Positions 7,505 through 16,651 of a stretch of 64,000 bases of DNA are shown piece after piece. Within the stretch, counting starts at the first letter, position 1. Each line of letters starts with the position of its first letter. The notes under the pieces are model-generated. The model did no database searches and had not been told where the DNA came from. It worked only from the letters and a program-made list of their open reading frames with translations. The DNA comes from Candidatus Microgenomates bacterium (GTDB lineage: Bacteria > Patescibacteriota > JACPGU01): the NCBI GenBank assembly GCA_016188915.1, contig JACPGU010000001.1, positions 123,106 through 187,105 of the forward strand, written 5' to 3'. Made by a program: the position numbers and the translations under genes.

Positions 7505-9601
7505 CTACCGTCCCTCCGCCTTCTCTTTTGCCTTAATCCCGATGATAGTTTCCGCCACATTGCGAGGCACTTCGGCATAATGGTCGAATTCCATCGTGGA
7601 AGAACCGCGGCCTTGCGTCATCGAACGCAGATTGGTCGTGTAGCCAAACATTTCACCGAGTGGCACATAAGCATCGATAAATTTAATCGTGCCTCGGTCG
7701 CCGGACTCCAAAATCTGGCCGCGTTTGGCGTTCAAATCGCCCATAATATCGCCCAAGAATTCTTCTGGCGCCAGCACTTCCACTTTCATTACCGGTTCCA
7801 AAATTACCGGATCGGCCTTTTTCACGCCGTCTTGAAAGGCCATACTGGCTGCGATTTTGAAGGCCATTTCAGATGAGTCCACTTCGTGGAAAGAACCGTC
7901 AAAAACCGCCGCTTTCAGATCTATCACTGGATAGCCAGCGATTACTCCCCTGTCCATAGCTTCTTTGATACCTTTTTCAATCGCCGGAACATATTCGCGC
8001 GGAATAGCGCCACCGACGATTTTGTTCTCAAATTCAAAACCTTTGCCTGCTTCCAGAGGCGATAATTCCAACCAACAATGGCCGTATTGGCCACGACCGC
8101 CGGATTGACGGATGAATTTACCCTCGCACTGAACCAATTTGCGAATAGCCTCTTTGTAGGCCACTTGTGGTTTGCCCACATTAGCCTCCACTTTGAATTC
8201 TCTTTTCATACGATCTACAATAATTTCCAAGTGCAATTCGCCCATGCCGGAAATAATCGTTTCTCCAGTCTCTTGATCACCTTTGATGCGAAAGGTTGGA
8301 TCTTCTTCGGCTAGCTTGGAGAGCGCCACGCCCATTTTTTCCTGATCGGCTTTAGTCTTTGGTTCAATCGCTACCGAAATCACTGGCTCGGGAAAAGTGA
8401 TATTTTCCAAAATAACAGGGTTGGTTTCATCGCACAAAGTATCGCCGGTAAAGGTAGATTTTAATCCTACCGCTGCCGCAATCTCACCAGCTGAAACTTC
8501 CGAGACATCTTCCCTCTGCGCGGCGTGGAGTCTGACGATACGGCCTATTCTTTCTCTTTCGCCCTTCGTTGAATTATAAACATAGGAGCCGGCTGTCAAT
8601 TTCCCTGAATAAACGCGGAAAAAGCAAAGCTTACCAACAAAAGGGTCAGAGGCTATCTTGAAAGCTAATGCTGCAAAAGGTTCTTTCTCGGAGGCTAAGC
8701 GTGTCACTTCTTCACCGGTTTTGGGATGGGTGCCTTTCACCGGCGGTTTGTCTAGTGGCGAGGGTAAATAATACATGATGGCGTCTAGCAAAGTTTCTAC
8801 AATGACGCCTCGACCATCGCCACCCATAACGGGGAAAAAATTGCCGGTCAGAGTCGCCTTGCGGATAGCTGAACGCAATTCTTCGGTCGTTAGTTCTTCG
8901 CCGCCCAGATATTTTTCCATCAATTTCTCGTCAAATTCCACCGCTTTCTCAATCAGTTCTGAACGATATTTGGCTACTTGTTCAGCCATTTCCGCCGGTA
9001 CTTCGCTTTCGATTAATTGATGGTCGGTGAATTCTTTGTAGGTATAGGATTTCAGCGCCACCAGATCCACCACACCATTGATGTCTTTTTCGAAACCAAT
9101 CGGCAGTTGAATCGGGTAGGCTTCTTTGCGAAGTCTTTTGCGAATAGAATCCAAAGATTTATAAAAATCGCCACCGGTTTGATTGATTTTGTTGATAAAG
9201 CAAATGCGTGGTACACCATATTTGTCGCCTTGACGCCAGACGGTCTCCGACTGCGGTTCCACGCCCATTTTGCCGTCAAAGATAACGGCCGCGCCATCCA
9301 AAACACGCAAAGATCGCTCTACCTCAACGGTAAAGTCAACGTGCCCCGGCGTGTCAATAATATTGAAACGATGGTCTTTCCAAAAACAAGTGGTCGCCGC
9401 CGAAGTAATCGTGATACCTCGCTCGCGCTCTTGCTCCATCCAGTCCATAGTCGCCTCGCCTTCGTGTACCGCGCCGATTTTGTGCTTTTTCCCGGTACGG
9501 TAAAGAATGCCTTCGGTCACCGTCGTCTTACCAGCGTCGATATGGGCAATGGTGCCGAAATTGCGAACATGGTCGAGGGGATATTTTGTCTCTTCTGTCA
9601 T
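7505..9601 (-). CDS. fusA: elongation factor G
   Basis: [22 protein letters not shown]-like motifs. Full-length EF-G similarity. Ends with TAG. Confidence 0.97.
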   Translation of the reverse strand: MTEETKYPLDHVRNFGTIAHIDAGKTTVTEGILYRTGKKHKIGAVHEGEATMDWMEQERERGITITSAATTCFWKDHRFNIIDTPGHVDFTVEVERSLRVLDGAAVIFDGKMGVEPQSETVWRQGDKYGVPRICFINKINQTGGDFYKSLDSIRKRLRKEAYPIQLPIGFEKDINGVVDLVALKSYTYKEFTDHQLIESEVPAEMAEQVAKYRSELIEKAVEFDEKLMEKYLGGEELTTEELRSAIRKATLTGNFFPVMGGDGRGVIVETLLDAIMYYLPSPLDKPPVKGTHPKTGEEVTRLASEKEPFAALAFKIASDPFVGKLCFFRVYSGKLTAGSYVYNSTKGERERIGRIVRLHAAQREDVSEVSAGEIAAAVGLKSTFTGDTLCDETNPVILENITFPEPVISVAIEPKTKADQEKMGVALSKLAEEDPTFRIKGDQETGETIISGMGELHLEIIVDRMKREFKVEANVGKPQVAYKEAIRKLVQCEGKFIRQSGGRGQYGHCWLELSPLEAGKGFEFENKIVGGAIPREYVPAIEKGIKEAMDRGVIAGYPVIDLKAAVFDGSFHEVDSSEMAFKIAASMAFQDGVKKADPVILEPVMKVEVLAPEEFLGDIMGDLNAKRGQILESGDRGTIKFIDAYVPLGEMFGYTTNLRSMTQGRGSSTMEFDHYAEVPRNVAETIIGIKAKEKAEGR

Positions 9602-9794
9602 TGTGCGTTTTTCTAATAATCTAGTGCTATTTAAAAGTTATAATTTTTGAATTTTGTAATTTTTGAATTTTTAAACAATTTCTAATGTTCTAATTTTTAA
9701 AAAATTAAAAATTGTAAAAATTAAAAATTGGCGTTCAGGACGAAGCCTTGCCTATTATACGCAGAATAGATACTGGAAGCAAGAAAATTTTTTA

Positions 9795-9823
9795 TTGCTA
9801 TTGTTTTGCCAAAGATTTATAAT
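9795..9823 (+). promoter_or_regulatory. sigma70-like promoter TTGCTA-17-TATAAT for third Cys-rich gene
   Basis: TTGCTA 9795-9800, 17-nt spacer, TATAAT 9818-9823. RBS AGAGAGG at about 9872. Confidence 0.5.
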
Positions 9824-9890
9824 AATGGCAACTTCAAGAACCTGAAGGCTGGGTTTTTGGAGAAATTTAAAAAGAGAGGCGGTGGAAAAG

Positions 9891-10148
9891 ATGTGCAAGT
9901 CGGCTGAAGAAATGCAGGGAGCACAGAGAGCCATGGATATTCCGAGGAAAAGGCCTCCCGAAGGGGAAGCTCATATAACGTTCACTCCCTATGTGAAGGG
10001 TTCTGGTTGCGACATCTGTTATGGCACCGGCGCCTGCATGGCCTGTCATGATAATGGCGGAGAATGTTCTTCCTGTCATGGGACTAGGCTCTGTATCGCC
10101 TGCGAAGGAAAGAAAGGAGAGGAGAAAGAATCCAAAGGAGTGTCATGA
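9891..10148 (+). CDS. small cysteine-rich protein, third member of CxxCxGTGxC family
   Basis: GCDICYGTGACMACHDNGGEC and CSSCHGTRLCIAC. An alternative GTG start at 9882 is possible. Confidence 0.55.
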   Translation: MCKSAEEMQGAQRAMDIPRKRPPEGEAHITFTPYVKGSGCDICYGTGACMACHDNGGECSSCHGTRLCIACEGKKGEEKESKGVS

Positions 10149-10176
10149 CCGCCATTCCCACACACTACCAAAAGTA

Positions 10177-10220
10177 AAAAGACCCGTTCGCCGGTTTCGC
10201 CGACAACGGGTCTTTTCTGT
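10177..10220 (+). terminator. rho-independent terminator after third Cys-rich gene
   Basis: AGACCCGTT...AACGGGTCT stem followed by TTTTCTGTT. Confidence 0.55.
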
Positions 10221-10222
10221 TA

Positions 10223-10253
10223 CTAGGACACGACGTTCGACGTCGTGTCCTAG
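10223..10253. repeat. palindromic repeat family 1, copy 2 (perfect 31-nt palindrome CTAGGACACGACGTTCGACGTCGTGTCCTAG)
   Basis: Perfect palindrome seen directly. Confidence 0.7.
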
Positions 10254-10256
10254 TAG

Positions 10257-10300
10257 TACAAAAAAAATACCGCGCGGTTGCTCGCGCGGTGAATATTTTT
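10257..10300. terminator. bidirectional hairpin terminator (ACCGCGCG-GTTGCT-CGCGCGGT flanked by A-run and T-run)
   Basis: 8-bp GC stem with an A8 run upstream and a T9 run downstream. Lies downstream of the lipoprotein gene on the minus strand. Confidence 0.55.
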
Positions 10301-10313
10301 TTTGCTTGATGCC

Positions 10314-11432
10314 TTACTCGGAGGAGAGCTTCCTCTCCCAGTAAAGCCTTCCCGGGAATTCCTCGGTGGTTGGCTCCTGGTAGTCGGTCGCCTCCCACTC
10401 CAAGGACTCGGGGAGAATATTGATATTTATGCAAAATTCTCCCCCTTCCACATCGATTGGGTTCACGAGCCGGAAGTAGTCCCAGCTCGAATCGATGGCC
10501 TCCGGCTTCGTTTGAAGCTTGAAGCATTCCCGATACTGGCCGGCAGGAATCCCCTCCGCCGAGAGGGAAAAGCTAACGCTTCCTGTGTCGCCCGGCAAAA
10601 TCCTATAGCCGGTAGCATCAGAAACCACCGTCCTGTCGTACCAGGACGAAGAGTCAAAAAACTGACTCCCGGTAGCGTTAACCGTCACCATATACACGCG
10701 GTTCTTCCTGTTGGACAGGTTGTACCACGGCATATTCCCCGTATTCTTCACCCGAACTTCGGGGAAAAAATACGGCCAACTCCCGCCACGCTGCCCGGAC
10801 ACCAAGGTCACCGAGATTTCCTGATCGGTCACAGCGGCGTACTTCGGCTCGGTGCCTTCCGGCAGGACACCGATTTCTAATTCGGCCGTGGGAATCCAGA
10901 AGCTGTCCTTGCTCAAAACGGACAGGTCTTCGACAGTGGCGCGAACAGTGATGGTTTTGGTGCTTCCCTGCGCCACAGCCGGAAGAATAACCGCCATCGT
11001 CGCCACACCCCAATCGTTGGTCGTGACGATTTCGGTCGCGCCCAATTGAATTGAGCCGTCGTAAACTCGAAACGTCACCGGAGCCTTGAGCCGCGAGTAA
11101 TCGCAACCCTCTCTGCAGCTCCCGTGGATTTTTGCTCCAGTCGTCATTTCTTCTCCAGCCATGCCCACCTGATAGCTGTAATCCAGATAGGTGTCATCGG
11201 AAACCGCCCCCGAGCTTGCCGCCGAAATCCAGGAAACCACATCGCCTTCAGCGATGATGATGTTGCCCGGATTCTCCGGAATGGGTGGCTCCATGCCTTC
11301 GTCCAGGGTGGGCGGAACGGGCACAACCGGTGTCCCTCCCCCGCCTCCGCAACCGGATAGAAGAAGAATCGCAATCAGGAGCAAGAAAATGCCTCCCACC
11401 ACCGCCAACCCCACCTTTTTCATCTTTTTCAA
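10314..11432 (-). CDS. putative secreted lipoprotein, higher GC
   Basis: N-terminal MKKMKKVGLAVVGGIFLLLIAILLLSGC (signal peptide plus lipobox-like LSGC) then a Gly/Pro-rich linker. No known domain. Confidence 0.55.
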   Translation of the reverse strand: MKKMKKVGLAVVGGIFLLLIAILLLSGCGGGGGTPVVPVPPTLDEGMEPPIPENPGNIIIAEGDVVSWISAASSGAVSDDTYLDYSYQVGMAGEEMTTGAKIHGSCREGCDYSRLKAPVTFRVYDGSIQLGATEIVTTNDWGVATMAVILPAVAQGSTKTITVRATVEDLSVLSKDSFWIPTAELEIGVLPEGTEPKYAAVTDQEISVTLVSGQRGGSWPYFFPEVRVKNTGNMPWYNLSNRKNRVYMVTVNATGSQFFDSSSWYDRTVVSDATGYRILPGDTGSVSFSLSAEGIPAGQYRECFKLQTKPEAIDSSWDYFRLVNPIDVEGGEFCININILPESLEWEATDYQEPTTEEFPGRLYWERKLSSE

Positions 11433-11518
11433 AGCTACTTCCTCCTTTTCTGGCCCCGTAGGGCTGATTTTTTAGCACATTTTTAAGGATCAAACTGCAC
11501 CCTTTATGCTTATCTACC

Positions 11519-11547
11519 ATTATAGCATAGTTTATGAAAAAAGTCAA
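11519..11547 (-). promoter_or_regulatory. sigma70-like promoter (minus) TTGACT-17-TATAAT for lipoprotein gene
   Basis: Plus strand agtcaa at 11542-11547 and attata at 11519-11524, 17-nt spacer. Confidence 0.5.
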
Positions 11548-11571
11548 GGTTTTTACGCGTATATCCACACA

Positions 11572-11610
11572 TATCAATAAAAATCAGCCGTTAAGCTGAT
11601 TTTTATCTTT
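11572..11610 (-). terminator. hairpin terminator downstream of rpsG (also has T-run on plus strand)
   Basis: AAATCAGC-CGTTAA-GCTGATTT with T-rich flanks on both strands. Confidence 0.45.
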
Positions 11611-11647
11611 CGTACAATTTGTCTAAAAATTCGTAAAATTTGTCTTC

Positions 11648-12124
11648 CTAATATCTCCCGAAATGGGCGTAGGCGCGATTGCTTTCGGCCATTTTGTGAG
11701 TATCTTCTTTTTTCTTGATTGCTCCACCCTGATTGTCAGAAGCCAAAATCAATTCTTCGGCCAGCTCTTCTGGTGTAGAACGACCCTTTTTAGCCCGCAC
11801 TACCCCTAATATCCATTTGATAGCAAAGACAACTTTTTGGTCTTTTTTGACTTCCATCGGCACCTGGTAATTGGCCCCTCCGATACGACGACTACGCACT
11901 TTTAGGCTGGGAGAGACATTTTTAATAGCATTGTTAAAAACATCGATACCCTTTTTGTCAGTCTTTTTTTCCACTATTTCCAAAGCATCATAAAAAATAC
12001 GAGTAGCCAAAGATTTTTTGCCACCCCACATCAGATTGTTGATAAATTTGGCAACCACAACTGACCCATAAACAGGGTCTGGCTGGATCTCTCTTTTTGG
12101 CGCTTGTTTTGAACCTCGGCTCAT
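11648..12124 (-). CDS. rpsG: 30S ribosomal protein S7
   Basis: Full-length S7 similarity (KFINNLMWGGKKSLA..., VPMEVKKDQ...). Confidence 0.95.
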   Translation of the reverse strand: MSRGSKQAPKREIQPDPVYGSVVVAKFINNLMWGGKKSLATRIFYDALEIVEKKTDKKGIDVFNNAIKNVSPSLKVRSRRIGGANYQVPMEVKKDQKVVFAIKWILGVVRAKKGRSTPEELAEELILASDNQGGAIKKKEDTHKMAESNRAYAHFGRY

Positions 12125-12216
12125 GGCTAAAAAATTAATAAAATAAAAAAGTAAAAAATTAAGAATTCTGCAATTATTATTTTCTTAATTTCTTATTTTC
12201 TTAATTTCTTAATTCC

Positions 12217-12630
12217 TTATTTCCGCTTTGCTCCATACCTAGAACGACCTTGCTGTCTTTTTTCTACCCCTCCAGCATCCAACATGCCACGCACAATATG
12301 ATATCTAACCCCCGGTAGGTCTTTTACTCTGCCACCACGGATAACCACTACTGAGTGTTCTTGAAGATTGTGCCCGATCCCCGGGATGTAGGCTGTCACT
12401 TCCATACCATTAGTCAATCTGACACGAGCGATTTTACGCAAAGCGGAGTTTGGCTTTTTCGGTGTCATCGTCGTCACCTTGGTGCAAACACCGCGCTTAA
12501 AAGGCGAACCTTTTTTACTCTCCGTAGTGCGACCTTTGATGGAATTAAAACCCAAAAGCAAAGCTGGCGCCTTGCTTTTTTTTGCGGCGCTCTTTCTCCC
12601 CTTGCGAATTAATTGATTAATGGTAGGCAC
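12217..12630 (-). CDS. rpsL: 30S ribosomal protein S12
   Basis: [11 protein letters not shown]...[10 protein letters not shown]...[14 protein letters not shown] typical of S12. Confidence 0.95.
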   Translation of the reverse strand: MPTINQLIRKGRKSAAKKSKAPALLLGFNSIKGRTTESKKGSPFKRGVCTKVTTMTPKKPNSALRKIARVRLTNGMEVTAYIPGIGHNLQEHSVVVIRGGRVKDLPGVRYHIVRGMLDAGGVEKRQQGRSRYGAKRK

Positions 12631-12745
12631 AAAAATAAAATAAAATTTCTAATTAACCTAATTGACCTAATTTCTAATTAATTAAATCAATTAGAAATTT
12701 TGCGAACATTTAACATTATAGCAAAAACAACGCGCTATTTCAACC

Positions 12746-15700
12746 CTATTGTCTTCGGCGAGTGGCAAAACCAGTGCCGGCAGGAATTAATTTACCCAAA
12801 ATCGTATTCTCTTTCAAGCCTCGCAGACGGTCTACTTTGCCTACCGTTGCCGCGTCAATCAAAACCGAAGTCGTCTCTTGGAAGGAAGCGGCCGACAAGA
12901 AAGAATCTGTGTTCAATGAAGATTTAGTGACACCCAAAAGCAATTCTTCCCAGGCTATTAATTTCTTACGAGATTTTTCTAATTTTTTGTTCATGGCTCG
13001 AACCGACGAAAGCGTAACAATATCGCCTTCCAAAAATTCGCTCGCACCCGGATCGGTGATACGAACCTTGGAGAACATTTGGCGAATAATAATTTCAATA
13101 TGCTTGTCGTTGATGGACTGGCCCTGCGATTCGTATATTTCCTGAATTTCTTTGACAATATATCTTTTGACCGCGCCAGAGTCTCTGATATCCATTAGCT
13201 GATGCAAGTCAATATGGCCCTCCGTGATTTGCGCGCCTTTTTCTATTTTTTCACCCTCCCCTACCAAAACCTCTATCCCGCGGTCAATATTGTAGATTCT
13301 TTCTTCTTTTGTAGCGTAGGTCAGAATAATTTTTTGCGCGTTTTTATCTATTTTGACCACACCCTTACCATGCGCCTTCAAGTGTTTTGTTTTGCTCAAA
13401 TCCAAAACAGTTTGACCGTCGGCTACTTTGTCTCCATCTTTGACCAAAATTTTAGCGTTTTTAGGAATTTCTATAATATCTTTTTTGAAATCATCGGAAG
13501 AAATTGTCACCGTGATTTTTCCATCTTTATCTTCGGTTAAAGAAACTGCTCCAGAGATCTCGGAAATAATCGCCAGACCCTTGGGGGCGCGCGCCTCAAA
13601 AAGCTCTTCTACGCGAGGCAAACCTTGGGTAATATCACGTTTGGCAATACCACCAGAGTGAAAAGTTCTCATTGTCAACTGCGTGCCAGGCTCACCGATA
13701 GATTGAGCTGCCATAATACCCACCGCTTCTCCCATCATTACGATTTGTCCGCGCGCCAAATCACGACCATAGCAAGTCTGGCAAATCCCCCATTCCGCTT
13801 CACATTCCAAAGCCGTCTTTACGGCCACCGTATCAATGAATCCATCATCAATAATTTTTTTGATTTTTTCCAAAGTCAACTCTTCGCCTTTGGCAAAAAG
13901 AATTTTCTTATTTTTGCCAACTATGTCACGCGCGATAATACGTCCGTCCAGTCTTTTGATAAAATCTCGATCTATGTCTTCAGCATTACTTTTGGCAAAT
14001 TCCATTGCCGCGCTAGTGCCACAATCTTCTAGGCTGATAATCATATCTTGCGCCACATCAACCAAGCGGCGGGTCAAATAACCGGCATCTGAAGTTCGAA
14101 GCGCTGTATCAGCCAAGCCTTTTCTCGCGCCGTGAGAAGAAATAAAATATTCCAGAACAGTCAGTCCTTCTTTAAAGTTGGATTTGACCGGCAGGTCAAT
14201 AATATCTCCGGTCGGACTCTGCAAGAGTCCTCTCATCGCCACTACTTGAGAAAGGTGGTCTTTGTTGCCGCGCGCCTTGGAAGTAATCATGATGGTAACA
14301 GGATTTTCTCGGTCAAAACGAGCGAAAAGATCTTTTTCAATTTTTTCTTTGGTAGCCGTCCAAATCTCAATATTTTTCAAATATTTTTCAGTCGGAGTGA
14401 TTAGGCCTTTTTTATATTGATTATCCACTTCGTCTATTTTGCGCTCGGCTTCTGTTATTTCCTTGGTTTTGTTTTCGGGGATATGTAAATCGTCAACCGA
14501 AAGGCTAATGCCTGACAAAGTGGCTGCCAACATTCCGATACTTTTGATATCGTCAACCAGAATAGCTGTTTTCTCAATGCCTAATTCTTTAAAAGATTTG
14601 GCGATTATTTTTTCCAAATCACCTTTGGCCACGGTAGCATTTACGAAATCTATTTCATCTGGGATGTATTGATTGAACCAAATACGACCCAATGTTGTTT
14701 CTATTATCTTATCGTCCATACGCACTTTTATTTTAGCCTGCATATGGATTTGCCCAAGCTGATAGGCCATATTGGCTTCTTCCGCGCTGTGGAAAGCGCG
14801 ACCTTCACCTAAAACACCAGACGCTTCCATTGTCAGATAATAGCAACCCAAGGCGATATCCTGAGAAGGAGCAACAGAAGGAGAACCGTCGGACGGTTTC
14901 AGTAGATTTTTGGAAGAGAGCATAATATTGGCAGCTTCTTCTTGGGCCGGTCGCGACAGTGGTACATGAATGGCCATCTGGTCGCCATCAAAGTCGGCGT
15001 TGAAAGGAGAACAAACTAAAGGGTGAATACGAATAGCCTTGCCTTCAATTAATTTTACCTTAAAAGCCTGGATGCCCAAGCGATGCAAAGTCGGCGCGCG
15101 ATTAAGTAAAACATAATATTTTTTAGTGATTTCTTCCAAAATATCCCAAACTTCAGAGATGCCAGAGTCTATCAATTTGGAGGCGCTTTTGGCGCTGTGG
15201 GTAAAGCCTCGACCGATTAATTCCGCGATAATGAAGGGTTTGAACAATTCCAAAGCCATAGTCTTTGGTATGCCACACTCATCCAAGCGCATATCGGGTC
15301 CGCCAACGATTACCGAACGACCGGAATAATCTACGCGCTTGCCCAAAAGATTTTGACGGAAACGCCCCTGTTTGCCCTTCAGCCCTTCGGACAAAGATTT
15401 TAATTTTTTCTTGCCGACAACAGCAGTTTTGCCACGCGCCGAATCAGTACCTATCAAGGCATCTACCGCTTCTTGCAACATTCTTTTTTCATTTCTTTGG
15501 ATAACTTCTGGCGCGCGTAATTCCTGCAAACGCTTCAAGCGATTGTTGCGATTGATAACCCTGCGATACAAATCATTAATATCAGAAGTCGCGAAACGAC
15601 CGCCATCCAATGGCACCATCGGTCGCAAATCTGGCGGGATCACCGCTACGTGAGTCAAAATCATCCAAGCCGGGTCAATACTGGCGCGATCCAAACCTTT

Positions 15701-16609
15701 CAGAAAACGTAATCTTTTGCTGATTTTTTTGCGTCTCTGGCCAGAGGCGATATCTCGTTCTTTTTCTAATTCACCAATCATTTTTTTGATATCCAATTCT
15801 TTAACGAGATTCAAAATAGCTTCGGCGCCAATGCCTGCTTTGAAAAAATCACCATACTTTTGCCTCAAATCAGAATATTTACCTTCGGAGATAATAGCAT
15901 ATTTATTCAGACGAACGATATCATCTTTGGCTTCCTCAAAGGCCAATTGAATTTCGGCTGTTTTCTGCTCCATTTCCTTTTCCCAAAGACTGAATTCTCC
16001 CTGAACTTTTTTGACGATTTCTTTTTTGTCCATTCCAGGATGCTTTTTGGCCAAATCTTGCTTTTGCTTTTCTAGCTCATTTTTCTTTTTGGTGTGCTCC
16101 TTGCTTGTCTCTTTTTTGAAATCTTCCACTTCTTCTTTCAGCTTGCTCAAAATTTGTTGCTTGGTTTTTTCATCAACGCTTACAACAACAAAATTAGCAA
16201 AATAGATTACTTTTTCCAAATCGCGGACAGAGATGCCAAGATACATGCCAATACGGGAGGGCACGCCTCTTAAATACCAGATATGAGCAACTGGTGTAGC
16301 CAATTTTATATGTCCCATTCTTTCGCGACGGACCAAACTCCTAGTCACTTGTACTCCGCATTTGTCACAGATAATACCTTTGTAGCGAATTTTTTTGTAT
16401 TTGCCACAGTAACATTCCCAGTCCTTGGTCGGACCAAAAATACGCTCGCAAAACAATCCGTCTTTTTCCGGTTTTTGAGTGCGATAATTGATAGTCTCTG
16501 GTTTGGTGACCTCGCCATGCGACCAAGAAAGAATATGTTCCGGGCTGGCCAAAGAGACTTTAATAGCATCAAAATCAGTGACTTTTTCTCCGAGCTGATC
16601 TTTGATCAT
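12746..16609 (-). CDS. rpoC: DNA-directed RNA polymerase subunit beta'
   Basis: NADFDGD catalytic motif, zinc-binding CxxC motifs. Full-length beta' similarity. Ends with TAG. Confidence 0.97.
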   Translation of the reverse strand: MIKDQLGEKVTDFDAIKVSLASPEHILSWSHGEVTKPETINYRTQKPEKDGLFCERIFGPTKDWECYCGKYKKIRYKGIICDKCGVQVTRSLVRRERMGHIKLATPVAHIWYLRGVPSRIGMYLGISVRDLEKVIYFANFVVVSVDEKTKQQILSKLKEEVEDFKKETSKEHTKKKNELEKQKQDLAKKHPGMDKKEIVKKVQGEFSLWEKEMEQKTAEIQLAFEEAKDDIVRLNKYAIISEGKYSDLRQKYGDFFKAGIGAEAILNLVKELDIKKMIGELEKERDIASGQRRKKISKRLRFLKGLDRASIDPAWMILTHVAVIPPDLRPMVPLDGGRFATSDINDLYRRVINRNNRLKRLQELRAPEVIQRNEKRMLQEAVDALIGTDSARGKTAVVGKKKLKSLSEGLKGKQGRFRQNLLGKRVDYSGRSVIVGGPDMRLDECGIPKTMALELFKPFIIAELIGRGFTHSAKSASKLIDSGISEVWDILEEITKKYYVLLNRAPTLHRLGIQAFKVKLIEGKAIRIHPLVCSPFNADFDGDQMAIHVPLSRPAQEEAANIMLSSKNLLKPSDGSPSVAPSQDIALGCYYLTMEASGVLGEGRAFHSAEEANMAYQLGQIHMQAKIKVRMDDKIIETTLGRIWFNQYIPDEIDFVNATVAKGDLEKIIAKSFKELGIEKTAILVDDIKSIGMLAATLSGISLSVDDLHIPENKTKEITEAERKIDEVDNQYKKGLITPTEKYLKNIEIWTATKEKIEKDLFARFDRENPVTIMITSKARGNKDHLSQVVAMRGLLQSPTGDIIDLPVKSNFKEGLTVLEYFISSHGARKGLADTALRTSDAGYLTRRLVDVAQDMIISLEDCGTSAAMEFAKSNAEDIDRDFIKRLDGRIIARDIVGKNKKILFAKGEELTLEKIKKIIDDGFIDTVAVKTALECEAEWGICQTCYGRDLARGQIVMMGEAVGIMAAQSIGEPGTQLTMRTFHSGGIAKRDITQGLPRVEELFEARAPKGLAIISEISGAVSLTEDKDGKITVTISSDDFKKDIIEIPKNAKILVKDGDKVADGQTVLDLSKTKHLKAHGKGVVKIDKNAQKIILTYATKEERIYNIDRGIEVLVGEGEKIEKGAQITEGHIDLHQLMDIRDSGAVKRYIVKEIQEIYESQGQSINDKHIEIIIRQMFSKVRITDPGASEFLEGDIVTLSSVRAMNKKLEKSRKKLIAWEELLLGVTKSSLNTDSFLSAASFQETTSVLIDAATVGKVDRLRGLKENTILGKLIPAGTGFATRRRQ

Positions 16610-16651
16610 AAGGATTGATTACTGGTTGGTTGATAATTATTACTAATGAGC

